A stretch of 63,925 bases of DNA, the filler included, from Chlamydiia bacterium (lineage in GTDB: Bacteria > Chlamydiota > Chlamydiia > Chlamydiales > FEN-1388): the NCBI GenBank assembly GCA_903848235.1. It is 7 parts of 7 records of this genome, joined end to end, with 100 filler letters (N's around TTAATTAATTAA, not from the genome) between each part and the next. Parts side by side here need not be neighbours in the genome. Positions count along the whole stretch, not along the records: positions 14,926 to 31,564 come from CAINFV010000175.1; positions 31,665 to 41,193 come from CAINFV010000177.1; 5 more parts are not named here. The stretch is one strand, 5' to 3'. Positions within the stretch are counted from its first letter, which is position 1, and each line of letters opens with the position of its first letter. The position numbers and the translations under genes were made by a program. This document shows, one piece after another, positions 30,307 to 40,084 of this stretch. Below the pieces are notes generated by a model, which saw nothing but the letters and a program-made list of their open reading frames with translations, did no database searches and was not told the origin of the DNA.

Positions 30307-31464
30307 TTATATTCTTTTCTTTTCGCTCCGATGTTTTCTATTCCATCCGCCGGCAACCGGGACAACTGTAGCCTCATCCTTCGCTGTTAAGCTAGGCCTT
30401 ACAGGTACAGCTCGCGCTTCCGCGCTAGGAGAGAGTTCTCGTGCTGCCTGGTCAGTGAGCTTCTCGAGAGTGTCGCGGAGCTTTGCAGCAGCCGTTGTGC
30501 AGGAAGCGGTCCACTCACCGTCTGCTAAGAGCTGGAGGACCTCACTGTGAACAGCGTTCAAGCGGGATACAAAGACCCTTTGAGACTCTTGAGAAATACA
30601 GGGCATCAACACATTCAATAATGCCTTTACCTGGCATTGTATCGCTGCTGCCTGCCTCTCTTCGATGGTATGCGCTAGTACAGCGATTGTTCCTTCCAGC
30701 ACAGATGCTAGCCACGGATATGCAGAAACGTCGTCTTCGACCTTTGCCCTGAGAACCTCTTGGACGGCAGGAACATCACGATGCACTGCTGCTGCAGGAA
30801 TCGTCACACGATCTTTCGGCGGCACTTCTTGCAGAAGCCCTGCTGGCACCGTTTCTGCGAGAGCTTCAGACAAAACTGGCGTGGCGAGTGATCCCTTGAC
30901 AACTTCTAGCTGCTGAAGCTGTGCTCTGACGGAAGGAGAGGCTTGCGCAAACTCGGCAGCTGACGTTCTAGCATGGGGTTGCTCTTCAGAATTCCTCCCA
31001 TCTCTTTGTGCGTCACCACCCTTGTCTTCCCCTGTTTTTTCATCGACAGTTAGTTGGGTCGGAAGCAGGGGCGTTGGTTCCGCGCCTACATGAGATTCCT
31101 CGCCTACTTCCTCTCGCGGTGGAGGATCCTTCGGCGCTAAGAGCGGAGACACGACTTCCTCAGGATGAAGCTGAATGCCAAGCGCAGAACCAGCGGCGTT
31201 CACCCCTGCTAACGCTTGCAGTTCAATAGCGGCTTCCGGTGCCTCAGCAAGAGGAAGGGGAGCTATCGCGCCAGACAGAACATCTGTAGCAAGGTCATGA
31301 GCTGGAATCGTCGCAGGGAGCTCTGCTGCTGGAGCAAGCTCGCCATGCTCATGCTGCTGATCAGCAACCTGAACTACATCAGCGGCTGGTGTTAGATCTG
31401 CTTGCACTCCCCAATTGAATACAACCTCACCCAAAATCGGTAGATTCACTCTTGAAACGCTCAT
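30307..31464 (-). CDS. Hypothetical Ala/Glu/Pro-rich, largely low-complexity protein
   Basis: 385-aa ORF with AAAGGAG upstream of ATG; no recognisable domain. Confidence 0.65.
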   Translation of the reverse strand: MSVSRVNLPILGEVVFNWGVQADLTPAADVVQVADQQHEHGELAPAAELPATIPAHDLATDVLSGAIAPLPLAEAPEAAIELQALAGVNAAGSALGIQLHPEEVVSPLLAPKDPPPREEVGEESHVGAEPTPLLPTQLTVDEKTGEDKGGDAQRDGRNSEEQPHARTSAAEFAQASPSVRAQLQQLEVVKGSLATPVLSEALAETVPAGLLQEVPPKDRVTIPAAAVHRDVPAVQEVLRAKVEDDVSAYPWLASVLEGTIAVLAHTIEERQAAAIQCQVKALLNVLMPCISQESQRVFVSRLNAVHSEVLQLLADGEWTASCTTAAAKLRDTLEKLTDQAARELSPSAEARAVPVRPSLTAKDEATVVPVAGGWNRKHRSEKKRI

Positions 31465-31564
31465 TGCCCACTCCTTTATTTCTAGAAATTAGCTCTATAT
31501 GAAAACAAAGTATCGAGCAGGAACAATTAAGATACGATAAATGAATGGTTAGGGATGCTTTTGC

Positions 31565-31664
31565 NNNNNNNNNNNNNNNNNNNNNNNNNNNNNNNNNNNN
31601 NNNNNNNNTTAATTAATTAANNNNNNNNNNNNNNNNNNNNNNNNNNNNNNNNNNNNNNNNNNNN
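31565..31664. other. Artificial contig spacer
   Basis: N-run + TTAATTAATTAA + N-run. Confidence 0.98.
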
Positions 31665-31813
31665 AGCATTTTTTGAGACCGATTTCGCATTCGTTGTCTC
31701 TCATACTTCTTGCATTTATCATAGATGGCCTGCCTAGGCCGATCTATGAGAAATGCAATTGTCTGAAAGACAACGCTCTGCGAACTCGGTGCCCAAAAAA
31801 TGCTAAAGTCCAG
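31665..31813 (+). mobile_element. MITE-like palindromic repeat, copy C (cut by contig start)
   Basis: Near-identical to copy A; ends AAAATGCTAAAGTCCAG. Confidence 0.85.
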
Positions 31814-31848
31814 TTGAGGTATATTATGTCGGCACACACGAGAACGCG

Positions 31849-32714
31849 GGTGGTCCTAAACAGGTAGTGCTCAAAATAACTCTATCAATCCAAAATGATG
31901 GCATTCTTTGCAAAAAACCCTTGTCTTTCTGCAGATGAAATACTTAAATATCTCTTCCCCAACGGAGGAAGAGATGATGCTAACCTGCCCACAATGCAAA
32001 GCCACTACGATCAAAAAGAACGGAACCATTCATAATGGCAAACAAAAATACGAATGTTTGTCGTGTCGAAGACAATTTGTTGAAGAACCGATGAACAAAC
32101 AAATCCCTGACGAAACCAAGGAACGCATAGGAAGAGCTTTGTTAGAGAGAGTTTCTCTAGAGGGTATTTGTCGAATTTTTGATGTGAGTCTGCCATGGTT
32201 ATTAAGCTTCATGCAAGAGACCTTTGAAAAACTTCCCGATCATCTAAACGCAACTGTTGTGACTGATAGTGAAGAACTTGTCGTTGCAATTCTCGAGATG
32301 GATGAGCTTTGGAGCTATGTTGGAAGCAAGAAAAATCAACAATGGTTGTGGCTGGTAATGCATTCCCAAACTAGACAGATCGTAGCTTTTCATGTTGGGG
32401 ATCGTTCGAGAGCCTCTGGAGAGGCCCTAATGGCTAAACTCCCAGGGGATTTAAAAAAAAAGCCATCTTTTACACAGACCGTTTCTCAGCTTACTATGAA
32501 ATTGTCCCCTTTGAGCAGCACCGTCCAGTCGGAAAAGAATCCGGAAAGACGTCTTACATTGAGAGATTTAATTGCACCCTTCGACAGAGATGTGCAAGGT
32601 TAGTCAGAAAAACGCTGTCGTTTTCAAAAAAAATCGAGAATCATATCGGGGCGATCAAGCTCTTCATCTGCTATTACAATACATGTTTGTCAGCACTACC
32701 TGTTTAGGACTACC
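31849..32714 (+). mobile_element. IS1-family insertion sequence (866 bp)
   Basis: 23-bp terminal inverted repeats GGTGGTCCTAAACAGGTAGTGCT / AGCACTACCTGTTTAGGACTACC (one mismatch) enclosing a transposase; no target duplication seen. Confidence 0.92.
31974..32707 (+). CDS. IS1-family transposase, split by a -1 frameshift at A9G (32453-32462)
   Basis: Zn ribbon CPQC..KNG..YECLSC and MDELWSYVG in frame 0; FYTD..IERFNCTLRQR..LVRKTLSFSK in the -1 frame, ending TAG 32707. Confidence 0.9.
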
Positions 32715-32755
32715 GGAAATTTCTAAATTGCCCTAACAGAAATCCGGCGAATCTT

Positions 32756-33793
32756 TTAAAGAATAAGCATCGCATCGCCGTATGAAAACAATCGAAACCT
32801 TCGATCGATTGCCGTCTGATAGGCCTCTTTCATCAAGTCATAGCCCATAAAGGCACTGACGAGGGTCAGAAGAGATGATTCTGGGGTGTGAAAATTGGTG
32901 AGAAGTGCCGTGACGAACTTAAAGCGATACCCTGGATAGATAAAAAGGTTTGTTGTCGATTTTCCAGGAGACAGCGTGCCACTCTCATCAGCTATCGACT
33001 CTAAAACCCTGCATGATGTCGTTCCAATGGCAAGCCGTCGAGAGGAGTGCGGCAAAGCGTTGAGCGCCGCCGCTGTCTGCTGCGACACCTCAAAAGACTC
33101 TGTATGCATCTGATGGTGGCGAATATCGGGGACACGGATCGGAAGAAAGGTACCGGTGCCGACATGTAATGTTACATAATGGGTGGCCACCTCCCGCAAA
33201 AAAAGGTTCGCAAAGAGCGATTCTGTAAAGTGCAGCCCTGCCGTCGGTGCTGCTACGGATCCAAAATGAGTTCCATAGATCGTTTGATAGCGATTCGCAT
33301 CAAACTCTTCCGAAGGCTCTCTTTGGATATATGGAGGAAGAGGAACCGAGCCTAACGTCTGTAAGCTCTCTGGCGTCAGCGGTTTTGAAAACAGCAAGAG
33401 CCGCTGTCCATCAGAGGAAATCTCTAAAACCACCGCCGTCACATCCTGAGCAAAGAGAAGCTTGGCGCCTACTGGCAATGCCCGAGCTGGCTTTGCCATA
33501 GCCCACCACTCGCACGGTGTCTTTGCATGGGTCAAAAGGCATTGAAAGCCCCGTCTACCCTCAACCATGCCATGCAATGCTGCATGCATGACGCGAGTGT
33601 TGTTCAAGATCATGGCATCGTGAGGAGAGAGAAGTGAGGGAAGGTCGGCGACAATTCCCTCGGTGATAGTTCCCGATGAGCGATCAACGATCAACAAACG
33701 AGCGCTATCTCTTGGAGTAGCTGGGTATTGAGCTATCAGGTCCAGAGGAACTTCAAACTGATATGAAGAAAGTGAAAAATAAGATTCATTCAT
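32756..33793 (-). CDS. queA: S-adenosylmethionine:tRNA ribosyltransferase-isomerase
   Basis: IAQYP, PLPPYI, YQT, GSVAAPTAGLHF, TLHVG, TNFH, FSYGDAM. Confidence 0.96.
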   Translation of the reverse strand: MNESYFSLSSYQFEVPLDLIAQYPATPRDSARLLIVDRSSGTITEGIVADLPSLLSPHDAMILNNTRVMHAALHGMVEGRRGFQCLLTHAKTPCEWWAMAKPARALPVGAKLLFAQDVTAVVLEISSDGQRLLLFSKPLTPESLQTLGSVPLPPYIQREPSEEFDANRYQTIYGTHFGSVAAPTAGLHFTESLFANLFLREVATHYVTLHVGTGTFLPIRVPDIRHHQMHTESFEVSQQTAAALNALPHSSRRLAIGTTSCRVLESIADESGTLSPGKSTTNLFIYPGYRFKFVTALLTNFHTPESSLLTLVSAFMGYDLMKEAYQTAIDRRFRLFSYGDAMLIL

Positions 33794-33899
33794 AGAACGA
33801 GATTATAACAAAACGGAAAAGCATTGTGCAAAATAATAAAAAAGGCGGAAGGGATAATCCCGTCCACCTTTCTTCAAAATAGATATGCAACACGTATAG

Positions 33900-34772
33900 C
33901 TACTGAATCTTCGGCTGTACCGGTTCTGCCACCGTGAGGTTTTGGTCTGGGTAAAAGCGATGGAGGATGATCTTCGCATCTTTTCCCGATTTTGCCATAT
34001 CCTGAACGGTTGAAATAGTAAGCTTCTGACGAATATCATCAATGACTTTCTTATCGAAGTGTGAGGTGAGATTTGATTGCTGATCTCCCGTCATGATAAT
34101 CTTCTTCGTTGCCTTCATCGCCTCTTTGAAAGGAGCGTCTAACCGAACAACAGCATCGCCTCGATATCCACAAGCGTCGGCATTGACGTCCCAAAATTTG
34201 TTATCGCTCGTCAGCAGTTGTTGATACACCTTGGTGCGAAGAGCAATCGCATAAGCAGCTAACGCTTCTTTCTGATCTACCTCTTTCGGCATGATATTCG
34301 CGCCGAGGAGAGAGGCTGTAAAGTCATCCAAGGAGACCCAATTAACAGCGACAAGACGGTTATCTACCTCGTAGAAGGTGACAACACCAGGATAGGCAAC
34401 CCCATTGACAAAGACGCCTAATGACGGCTCATCAGGAACAATGACGATCTGAAAGACGCCAGGAAACTCCTGGCCCCATCTAATCCCATCTGGGGTCGGA
34501 GCCATCTGATATGAAGAGCCTATGAAGGCTGCTTCGAGCTTCCTTCCAGTGTATGGATCATAGATATTATGAGATCCTTTCACCTCAACCATCAGAACAT
34601 CTTGGTCTTTTGTAAGAAGAGCTTTTACCAACGGCTCTTCAGGCATATATCGCACTTGTAAAAGCCTCTGATCATACACAGGAGCTGCCGCAGCAAAAAC
34701 AGGTGATGCACAGCTAGCAACAACAGCGGAAAAGAGGGCAAAGAGACTGAATCCACAGGTAATGTTTTTCAT
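33900..34772 (-). CDS. Exported SpoIID/LytB-like protein (chlamydial type)
   Basis: Signal peptide; VNWVSLDDF..EALAAYAIALRT resembles the SpoIID core; lies directly downstream of ruvB, as in Chlamydia. Confidence 0.65.
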   Translation of the reverse strand: MKNITCGFSLFALFSAVVASCASPVFAAAAPVYDQRLLQVRYMPEEPLVKALLTKDQDVLMVEVKGSHNIYDPYTGRKLEAAFIGSSYQMAPTPDGIRWGQEFPGVFQIVIVPDEPSLGVFVNGVAYPGVVTFYEVDNRLVAVNWVSLDDFTASLLGANIMPKEVDQKEALAAYAIALRTKVYQQLLTSDNKFWDVNADACGYRGDAVVRLDAPFKEAMKATKKIIMTGDQQSNLTSHFDKKVIDDIRQKLTISTVQDMAKSGKDAKIILHRFYPDQNLTVAEPVQPKIQ

Positions 34773-34819
34773 TGTTACCTAGTACCTCGCTACATTCGAA
34801 AAAAATACTAAAAAAAAGC

Positions 34820-35821
34820 CTAGGGCGACTCACGCATGGCACGCGTTCTGCGCACATGCTCGCATCCTAAGGCGGTTGCTTCACGACCTTTCGGAGTTTT
34901 TTTGATAAACCCACAACAGATTAAAAACGGCTCATGAACTTCTTCAACCGTATCTGGCTCTTCAGAGACAGCTGTCGCTAGGGTATGCAAACCTACAGGT
35001 CCTCCACCAAATTGATGAACAATTGAATAAAGGATACGAAAATCCATTTCATCAAGTCCACAATCGTCAATCCGAAGCATATTCAACGCTTCTTTGACAA
35101 GCTCTTTTGAGGCAACAGTGTCTGGCCGTATCGACACAAAATCTCGTACCCAGCGCAACAGCCGATTCGCAATTCGAGGAGTGCCACGACTCCTTTTCGC
35201 TATCTCATTCAAGCTGTCAAAATCGCACGGAAATCCAAGAAGCGCACTTGACCGATCGAGGATCTTGGTTAGAGATGATACTGTATAGAAATCAAGTCTA
35301 GAAGTGAAGAAAAAACGCGATCGAAATGGGGATGAGAGAAGTCCTGGACGGGTTGTAGCACCAACAAGGGTGAATTTCGATAATGGGATACGAGCGCTTT
35401 TTGGAATGTCGAGCACGAAATCTTCCATAGCAGAGTATAAGTACTCTTCAACCGTTTTATTCATACGGTGAATTTCGTCGATGAACAGGATCTCGCCTTC
35501 TTTCATCTTCGACAGTTCGATGGCAAGATCTGCGGGACGCTCTATGGCGGGGCCTGAGGTAATCACCATGCGCGTGTTCAGCGCTTCTGCGAGGATATAC
35601 GAAAGAGTTGTCTTCCCGAGGCCGGGAGGCCCTGAGAACAGACAGTGGCCAAGAGAATCTCCCCGCAGCTTCGCCGCTTGAATCAATATGTCAATCTGCT
35701 GGCATACTTTCTCCTGCCCGACAAAATCACGCAATGCCTTGGGGCGCAGAGAATGGTCAAAAGGCACATCAGGTTTTGTAAACAGCGACTCGATGAACCG
35801 CTCTGTCATAACGTCAAACAC
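34820..35821 (-). CDS. ruvB: Holliday junction branch migration helicase
   Basis: LRP..FVGQ, GPPGLGKTT, FIDEIHR, GATTR, SRGTPRIANRLL. Confidence 0.97.
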   Translation of the reverse strand: MFDVMTERFIESLFTKPDVPFDHSLRPKALRDFVGQEKVCQQIDILIQAAKLRGDSLGHCLFSGPPGLGKTTLSYILAEALNTRMVITSGPAIERPADLAIELSKMKEGEILFIDEIHRMNKTVEEYLYSAMEDFVLDIPKSARIPLSKFTLVGATTRPGLLSSPFRSRFFFTSRLDFYTVSSLTKILDRSSALLGFPCDFDSLNEIAKRSRGTPRIANRLLRWVRDFVSIRPDTVASKELVKEALNMLRIDDCGLDEMDFRILYSIVHQFGGGPVGLHTLATAVSEEPDTVEEVHEPFLICCGFIKKTPKGREATALGCEHVRRTRAMRESP

Positions 35822-36211
35822 TACCTTTGAAGAATTTCATCCAAGAAGACGCCATACCATAGGGCACGATAAAAACAAGCAAATCGAAAATGCCGCATCA
35901 GAAGACACTGCGTAGTATGGTAGGAACAACCTTTTTGGCTTCAGGACGGAGCATAGTAGTCGCAGGCGAACAGTGCAAGATCAAAAATCGAGCTGCTCGA
36001 TGTTTTCCAAGAATGGTGCGGAAAACCTACATCCCCACATCGACAGCGAAAACTGCCTATTCAAGATGTGAAATAACCTTTTCTGAATGAAAAATATGCG
36101 GCGTCGGCCTATTCTCTTCGGTCCAGGCGGCTCGCATTCGCATCAATCGCGAGCTTTGTATAATACGAAGGACGTACGCCATGTCGTCCTTACAAGTAGA
36201 GGGCTGAAATC

Positions 36212-36898
36212 ATGAGCTGTTTCCCAAGCTGGCTTCAAGGCCCGATGGACTTCTTTAATCGCATGAACCCTTGGGCGCAGCATCCTGCAGAAGCCCCTCC
36301 TGTACAGACCGCTGCAGAGCCAGTACACGAAGCCCCGCCCACAGAACCCCTAAAAGAACACCATGCTGAACAGAAGACTGACGCTCCTGTTGCCTTAAAG
36401 CACCCCCTAGAAATTGCTAAGAATATAGAGCATGGCCTTTCCTTATTAAAAGCCGAGCAGTGCAAGCGACTAGAAGAAAAAGCTCATGGGCTCAACATCC
36501 AAGTCAAAACCGTTCATGAGAAAATCAAAAACATCGACAAACTTCTCAGTCTTATCTCTCAATATTCCCAGAGAAATCCCGATGGATCAGAAAACGCCGC
36601 AGGCAACGTCGACTGCACCATTCCAGAGGTAGCAACCGTCACTGCCGCTTTGCGACACGATGGGATTTCCGTCCCACTTCCGGAAGGAGTTCTCCAGAGA
36701 GGAGAACGGGGCCATGTCGTCAACGCGCTCAGCAATCAACGAAACCTTCTAAGCGATGAACAGAAAGAACATTCACAAGAATTTCAGCAGTGCGCCGTCG
36801 AACGCAACAGCTTGTATCAAGCATTGATGTCTCTCATCACTGAGCTCCATAGGATGAAAGTAAAGATTCTCGGGAATGTTCATCGTTCCAATTCATGA
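36212..36898 (+). CDS. Hypothetical coiled-coil protein with a Pro/Glu-rich N-terminus
   Basis: 228-aa ORF, first of three co-oriented genes; TGTATAAT upstream. Confidence 0.65.
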   Translation: MSCFPSWLQGPMDFFNRMNPWAQHPAEAPPVQTAAEPVHEAPPTEPLKEHHAEQKTDAPVALKHPLEIAKNIEHGLSLLKAEQCKRLEEKAHGLNIQVKTVHEKIKNIDKLLSLISQYSQRNPDGSENAAGNVDCTIPEVATVTAALRHDGISVPLPEGVLQRGERGHVVNALSNQRNLLSDEQKEHSQEFQQCAVERNSLYQALMSLITELHRMKVKILGNVHRSNS

Positions 36899-36923
36899 AA
36901 GTCAAAGAACCATAAGGACTTGT

Positions 36924-37802
36924 ATGATCTCTCTTCAGCAGGCATGTCTGACATCACCATCCTGGGGAACCCCTCCTTTCACTTCTATTCCTACCACTAA
37001 TATAGAACCTTCCTGTGACACCCTTGAATCCTATACTGAGCCTTCAGCTCTTGAACCAACATACAAAAGTAGCTCTGTTATGAAATCCTCAGAACAGCCT
37101 GAAAAGCCATTCGAAGAGCTCATGTACCAGGTATTGTCATTGCTCATAAAAGAAGAAGAGAAGGCAACCTTGATCTTACGAGATGCCATCTTTGCTGAAA
37201 AGCAATGGCAAAAAAGCCTTACCGATCTCTTAGAAAAAGAACATGTTGTCTGCCATTCTTATGAACAAAGAAATGAGACCATGCATAAGGTATCAGACAT
37301 AGTACTTCCTCTTTCCTTGTTCGCTGAAGGGGTAGCCGCAATCTGTATCTCCGGCGTCGGCATGTTGCCATTAGGAGCTGCCGCTCTAGGCGCATTTCTC
37401 TTTTTAGATACGATTCTTGACAACAAAGTGAAAGAATCTGTGGCCTCAGTACTGGCACGGGGTGATGGCGAAGAGACAAAAACATGGTTTCAGCGGATTT
37501 GCATAACAACAACCCTGACCATTTATGGCTTAAGCTTTTTCACGCCTGGCACTCAACCTATACAGCTTGTTATAAACGCTTCAAAAGTTGCTCTGACATG
37601 TACAGGGGCTTGCACTGAGAAGCAACTGAATGATCAAAAAGCCCGGCTCTTAGAAAGCGAAAAGCAATATGAGAACTCTGGGCGGTATCTGAAAGAGATA
37701 CTTGGAGATGTGGATCGCCAGGTGAAATCCGTGAACAGCCTTTTCACACTGCTCTCCGATCTTCAAAAATCCACTTCGCAGGCAACAGCACGAATATTCT
37801 AA
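36924..37802 (+). CDS. Hypothetical protein with coiled coils and two hydrophobic segments (translocator-like)
   Basis: Ser/Thr/Pro-rich N-terminus, hydrophobic block VAAICISGVGMLPLGAAALGAFLFL, second block ICITTTLTIYGLSFF, coiled-coil C-terminus; start uncertain. Confidence 0.6.
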   Translation: MISLQQACLTSPSWGTPPFTSIPTTNIEPSCDTLESYTEPSALEPTYKSSSVMKSSEQPEKPFEELMYQVLSLLIKEEEKATLILRDAIFAEKQWQKSLTDLLEKEHVVCHSYEQRNETMHKVSDIVLPLSLFAEGVAAICISGVGMLPLGAAALGAFLFLDTILDNKVKESVASVLARGDGEETKTWFQRICITTTLTIYGLSFFTPGTQPIQLVINASKVALTCTGACTEKQLNDQKARLLESEKQYENSGRYLKEILGDVDRQVKSVNSLFTLLSDLQKSTSQATARIF

Positions 37803-37857
37803 AAAATCCAGTTCCTAAGGTACTATCCATTTTCCAAAAATAATAGGAGGAGAAACG

Positions 37858-38502
37858 ATGTCTGGAATGAGTTCCGTATCAGGACCTTCATGGTCAACCA
37901 GCTCTCTTAACGACTTCTCACACATGAATTTCGAGGAATGTGCGAAAAGCATCCATAAAATGATTCGTGTATCACTTCGAGGCTATGCACGATCGATCGA
38001 ACTATTTCGCGAACTCGAAGATGCTGAATCTGAAGAAGCAACACGTGCCAAGGCAAAGTCCTTTCGCAGCGTCGTTCCAATGATTATGAGGATAGGTTCA
38101 GCCGCCTTAAGCGGCCTGAACTTAGGGCTTAGCCTCTGTCCTCAAGCTACTATGCATTCCTATGAATGGCTTGCCAGCAAATGCCCCATTTTCGATGCTA
38201 ACATATTCGATGGTTTCATAAAGCCTGGCACTGGATTGGACTTAGCTGAATGTTCGAAGTTCATCTCTAAAAAGTTTTCGAACGGCGAGGGATTCTTCAA
38301 AACCGCATTGGAAATCACCGGTAACTACGAACAAGCAGATCGCGCTGAGCTAGACGCCCTGATCCAAAAGGCACGCGAGCTCGGTGATCGAAGGTCACGA
38401 GAAGCTAACGACCGTCGCTCTGAAAGCGATGAGCTGTTACAGCTCTTACAGCAGATGAATCGCGAGATTGCCGAAGCCATTAAATCAGTATCGCGCTCAT
38501 AA
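37858..38502 (+). CDS. Hypothetical protein with one hydrophobic segment and a C-terminal amphipathic helix (translocator-like)
   Basis: Strong RBS AGGAGG; Ser-rich N-terminus; IGSAALSGLNLGLSL; C-terminal LLQLLQQMN..IKSV. Confidence 0.65.
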   Translation: MSGMSSVSGPSWSTSSLNDFSHMNFEECAKSIHKMIRVSLRGYARSIELFRELEDAESEEATRAKAKSFRSVVPMIMRIGSAALSGLNLGLSLCPQATMHSYEWLASKCPIFDANIFDGFIKPGTGLDLAECSKFISKKFSNGEGFFKTALEITGNYEQADRAELDALIQKARELGDRRSREANDRRSESDELLQLLQQMNREIAEAIKSVSRS

Positions 38503-38513
38503 GTGAGATTTTT

Positions 38514-39197
38514 CTAAGGCCGTATCACCGTTTGGAGAAACGCATCTGTTTTTCCCCACTCAAAACACACGGGCAGCTTTTTCTCTAAGCAAAAGCTGCC
38601 TGGCAGTGTCTCTCCGAGCCATGAAGAAATGGTGATGATCTTCGTCCCTTCGGGAAGTTGGCTTAAGTGCCGAGTCAATTTCATCGATGCTTCTTTATCG
38701 ACGACAATCCCATACAGATAGATCACATCGGCAGACTCAAGGCCGACTTTTTCCCAGTCTCCATGAACAAACGACAGATGGTGAATATGAAGCCAACGGC
38801 GCACCCTCTCTGCCCTTTCCACCATCAGAGGATGGTATTCAACAGCAAGAACCTTTTTCTGCCCTCGCACGCAGCGGAGGAAAAACCCGATTCGACCTCT
38901 TCCGGAGCCAAGATCAGCAATAGAGGCCGTATCTGGAATATCAAAAGCACGGAGCAGCTGTTCTAACACGCGAAAATCTGTCTCTCCATATGGCCCAAGA
39001 GGGTGCTTTCGATGATTCTCGTCATAATTTCGGATGATTTTATATGGGCTTTTGAAGAAGTACTGTCCGAGGATTAACATGTCTGCGAGGAAAAAGGTAG
39101 GATGCCACAGATAATAGGAAAAAAAATTTCTGACAAACTGCCCGAGATGGTATATCCTGACCCAGCATGCGGTCATAAACGTCTCTTTCCAGTTCAT
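38514..39197 (-). CDS. Class I SAM-dependent methyltransferase (DOT1-like motif pattern)
   Basis: YGET, DLGSGRG, AVE, GD, ADVIYLY. Confidence 0.8.
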   Translation of the reverse strand: MNWKETFMTACWVRIYHLGQFVRNFFSYYLWHPTFFLADMLILGQYFFKSPYKIIRNYDENHRKHPLGPYGETDFRVLEQLLRAFDIPDTASIADLGSGRGRIGFFLRCVRGQKKVLAVEYHPLMVERAERVRRWLHIHHLSFVHGDWEKVGLESADVIYLYGIVVDKEASMKLTRHLSQLPEGTKIITISSWLGETLPGSFCLEKKLPVCFEWGKTDAFLQTVIRP

Positions 39198-39346
39198 GCA
39201 TTCCCCTCATGTTCGTTTATTTTCACTATGACAAACGGATACAATTATGGGTATCCTCTACATTTTTGAAGTCGCACATCCCCATCTTCATTGAAAAATC
39301 TACTTGCCATTGAGTCTAGCAAATGAATCCTATTACCCATAATGCC

Positions 39347-40072
39347 TCATACGTTTGAACGACTAGAGGCCCTAAACAGAAATACCGTCGGTTCTTTGCG
39401 GATGATTGGGGGGCGGGTTTTCCAAGCACGGACCGTATGCGTCTGCACTGTCTCGTCATCAAAGGTAAGCCGGCAGGCCACACACAACGACGTCGTTTCG
39501 CACAAGGCAGCCATACAGTCAGCAAAAAACACGCTGTTCCTATATGGCGTTTCGATACAGATCTGTGTCATTCCCGCTCGTGCTGAATCGCGCTCGAGTT
39601 CTTTGAGCGCTTTTTGCCGTGATGGGCTCTCTTGTGGGAGGTATCCATGAAAACTAAATTTCTGGCCGTCGAGACCTGAGGAAATGAGGGCGAGGAGAAT
39701 GGAAGAAGGCCCGGGAAGAACGCGAATAGCATCAACCCCCTTCTCCCGAAGCCTATGCACGAGATGGCTGCCTGGGTCGGCGATCCCTGGCATTCCAGCA
39801 TCACTGATAAGCCCCCATGTCTCGCCATCAACGATTTTTTTTGCTATCTCCTCATAGTCGCCTTTTGCCGAATGCTCATTGAGAAGAACGATCGGCAGCT
39901 CTCGTGCAAACGTCGATTGGGGAAGAAGCTTCAACAGATAGCGGCGACCAGTGCGCTCGCTTTCCGCTACCAGCCCCTGGAGAGATTGAAGGACGGACGA
40001 CAACCCTTCTGGCAATAGGCCAACAGGACTTTGGGCATCATCGAAGACATTTGGCAATAAGAACAGCGGCAT
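39347..40072 (-). CDS. rsmI: RsmI-like tetrapyrrole-family methyltransferase
   Basis: LNEH, ISDAGMPGIADPG, GPSS, FHGYLP, IETPYRN. Confidence 0.82.
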   Translation of the reverse strand: MPLFLLPNVFDDAQSPVGLLPEGLSSVLQSLQGLVAESERTGRRYLLKLLPQSTFARELPIVLLNEHSAKGDYEEIAKKIVDGETWGLISDAGMPGIADPGSHLVHRLREKGVDAIRVLPGPSSILLALISSGLDGQKFSFHGYLPQESPSRQKALKELERDSARAGMTQICIETPYRNSVFFADCMAALCETTSLCVACRLTFDDETVQTHTVRAWKTRPPIIRKEPTVFLFRASSRSNV

Positions 40073-40084
40073 AAAAAAACCTGT

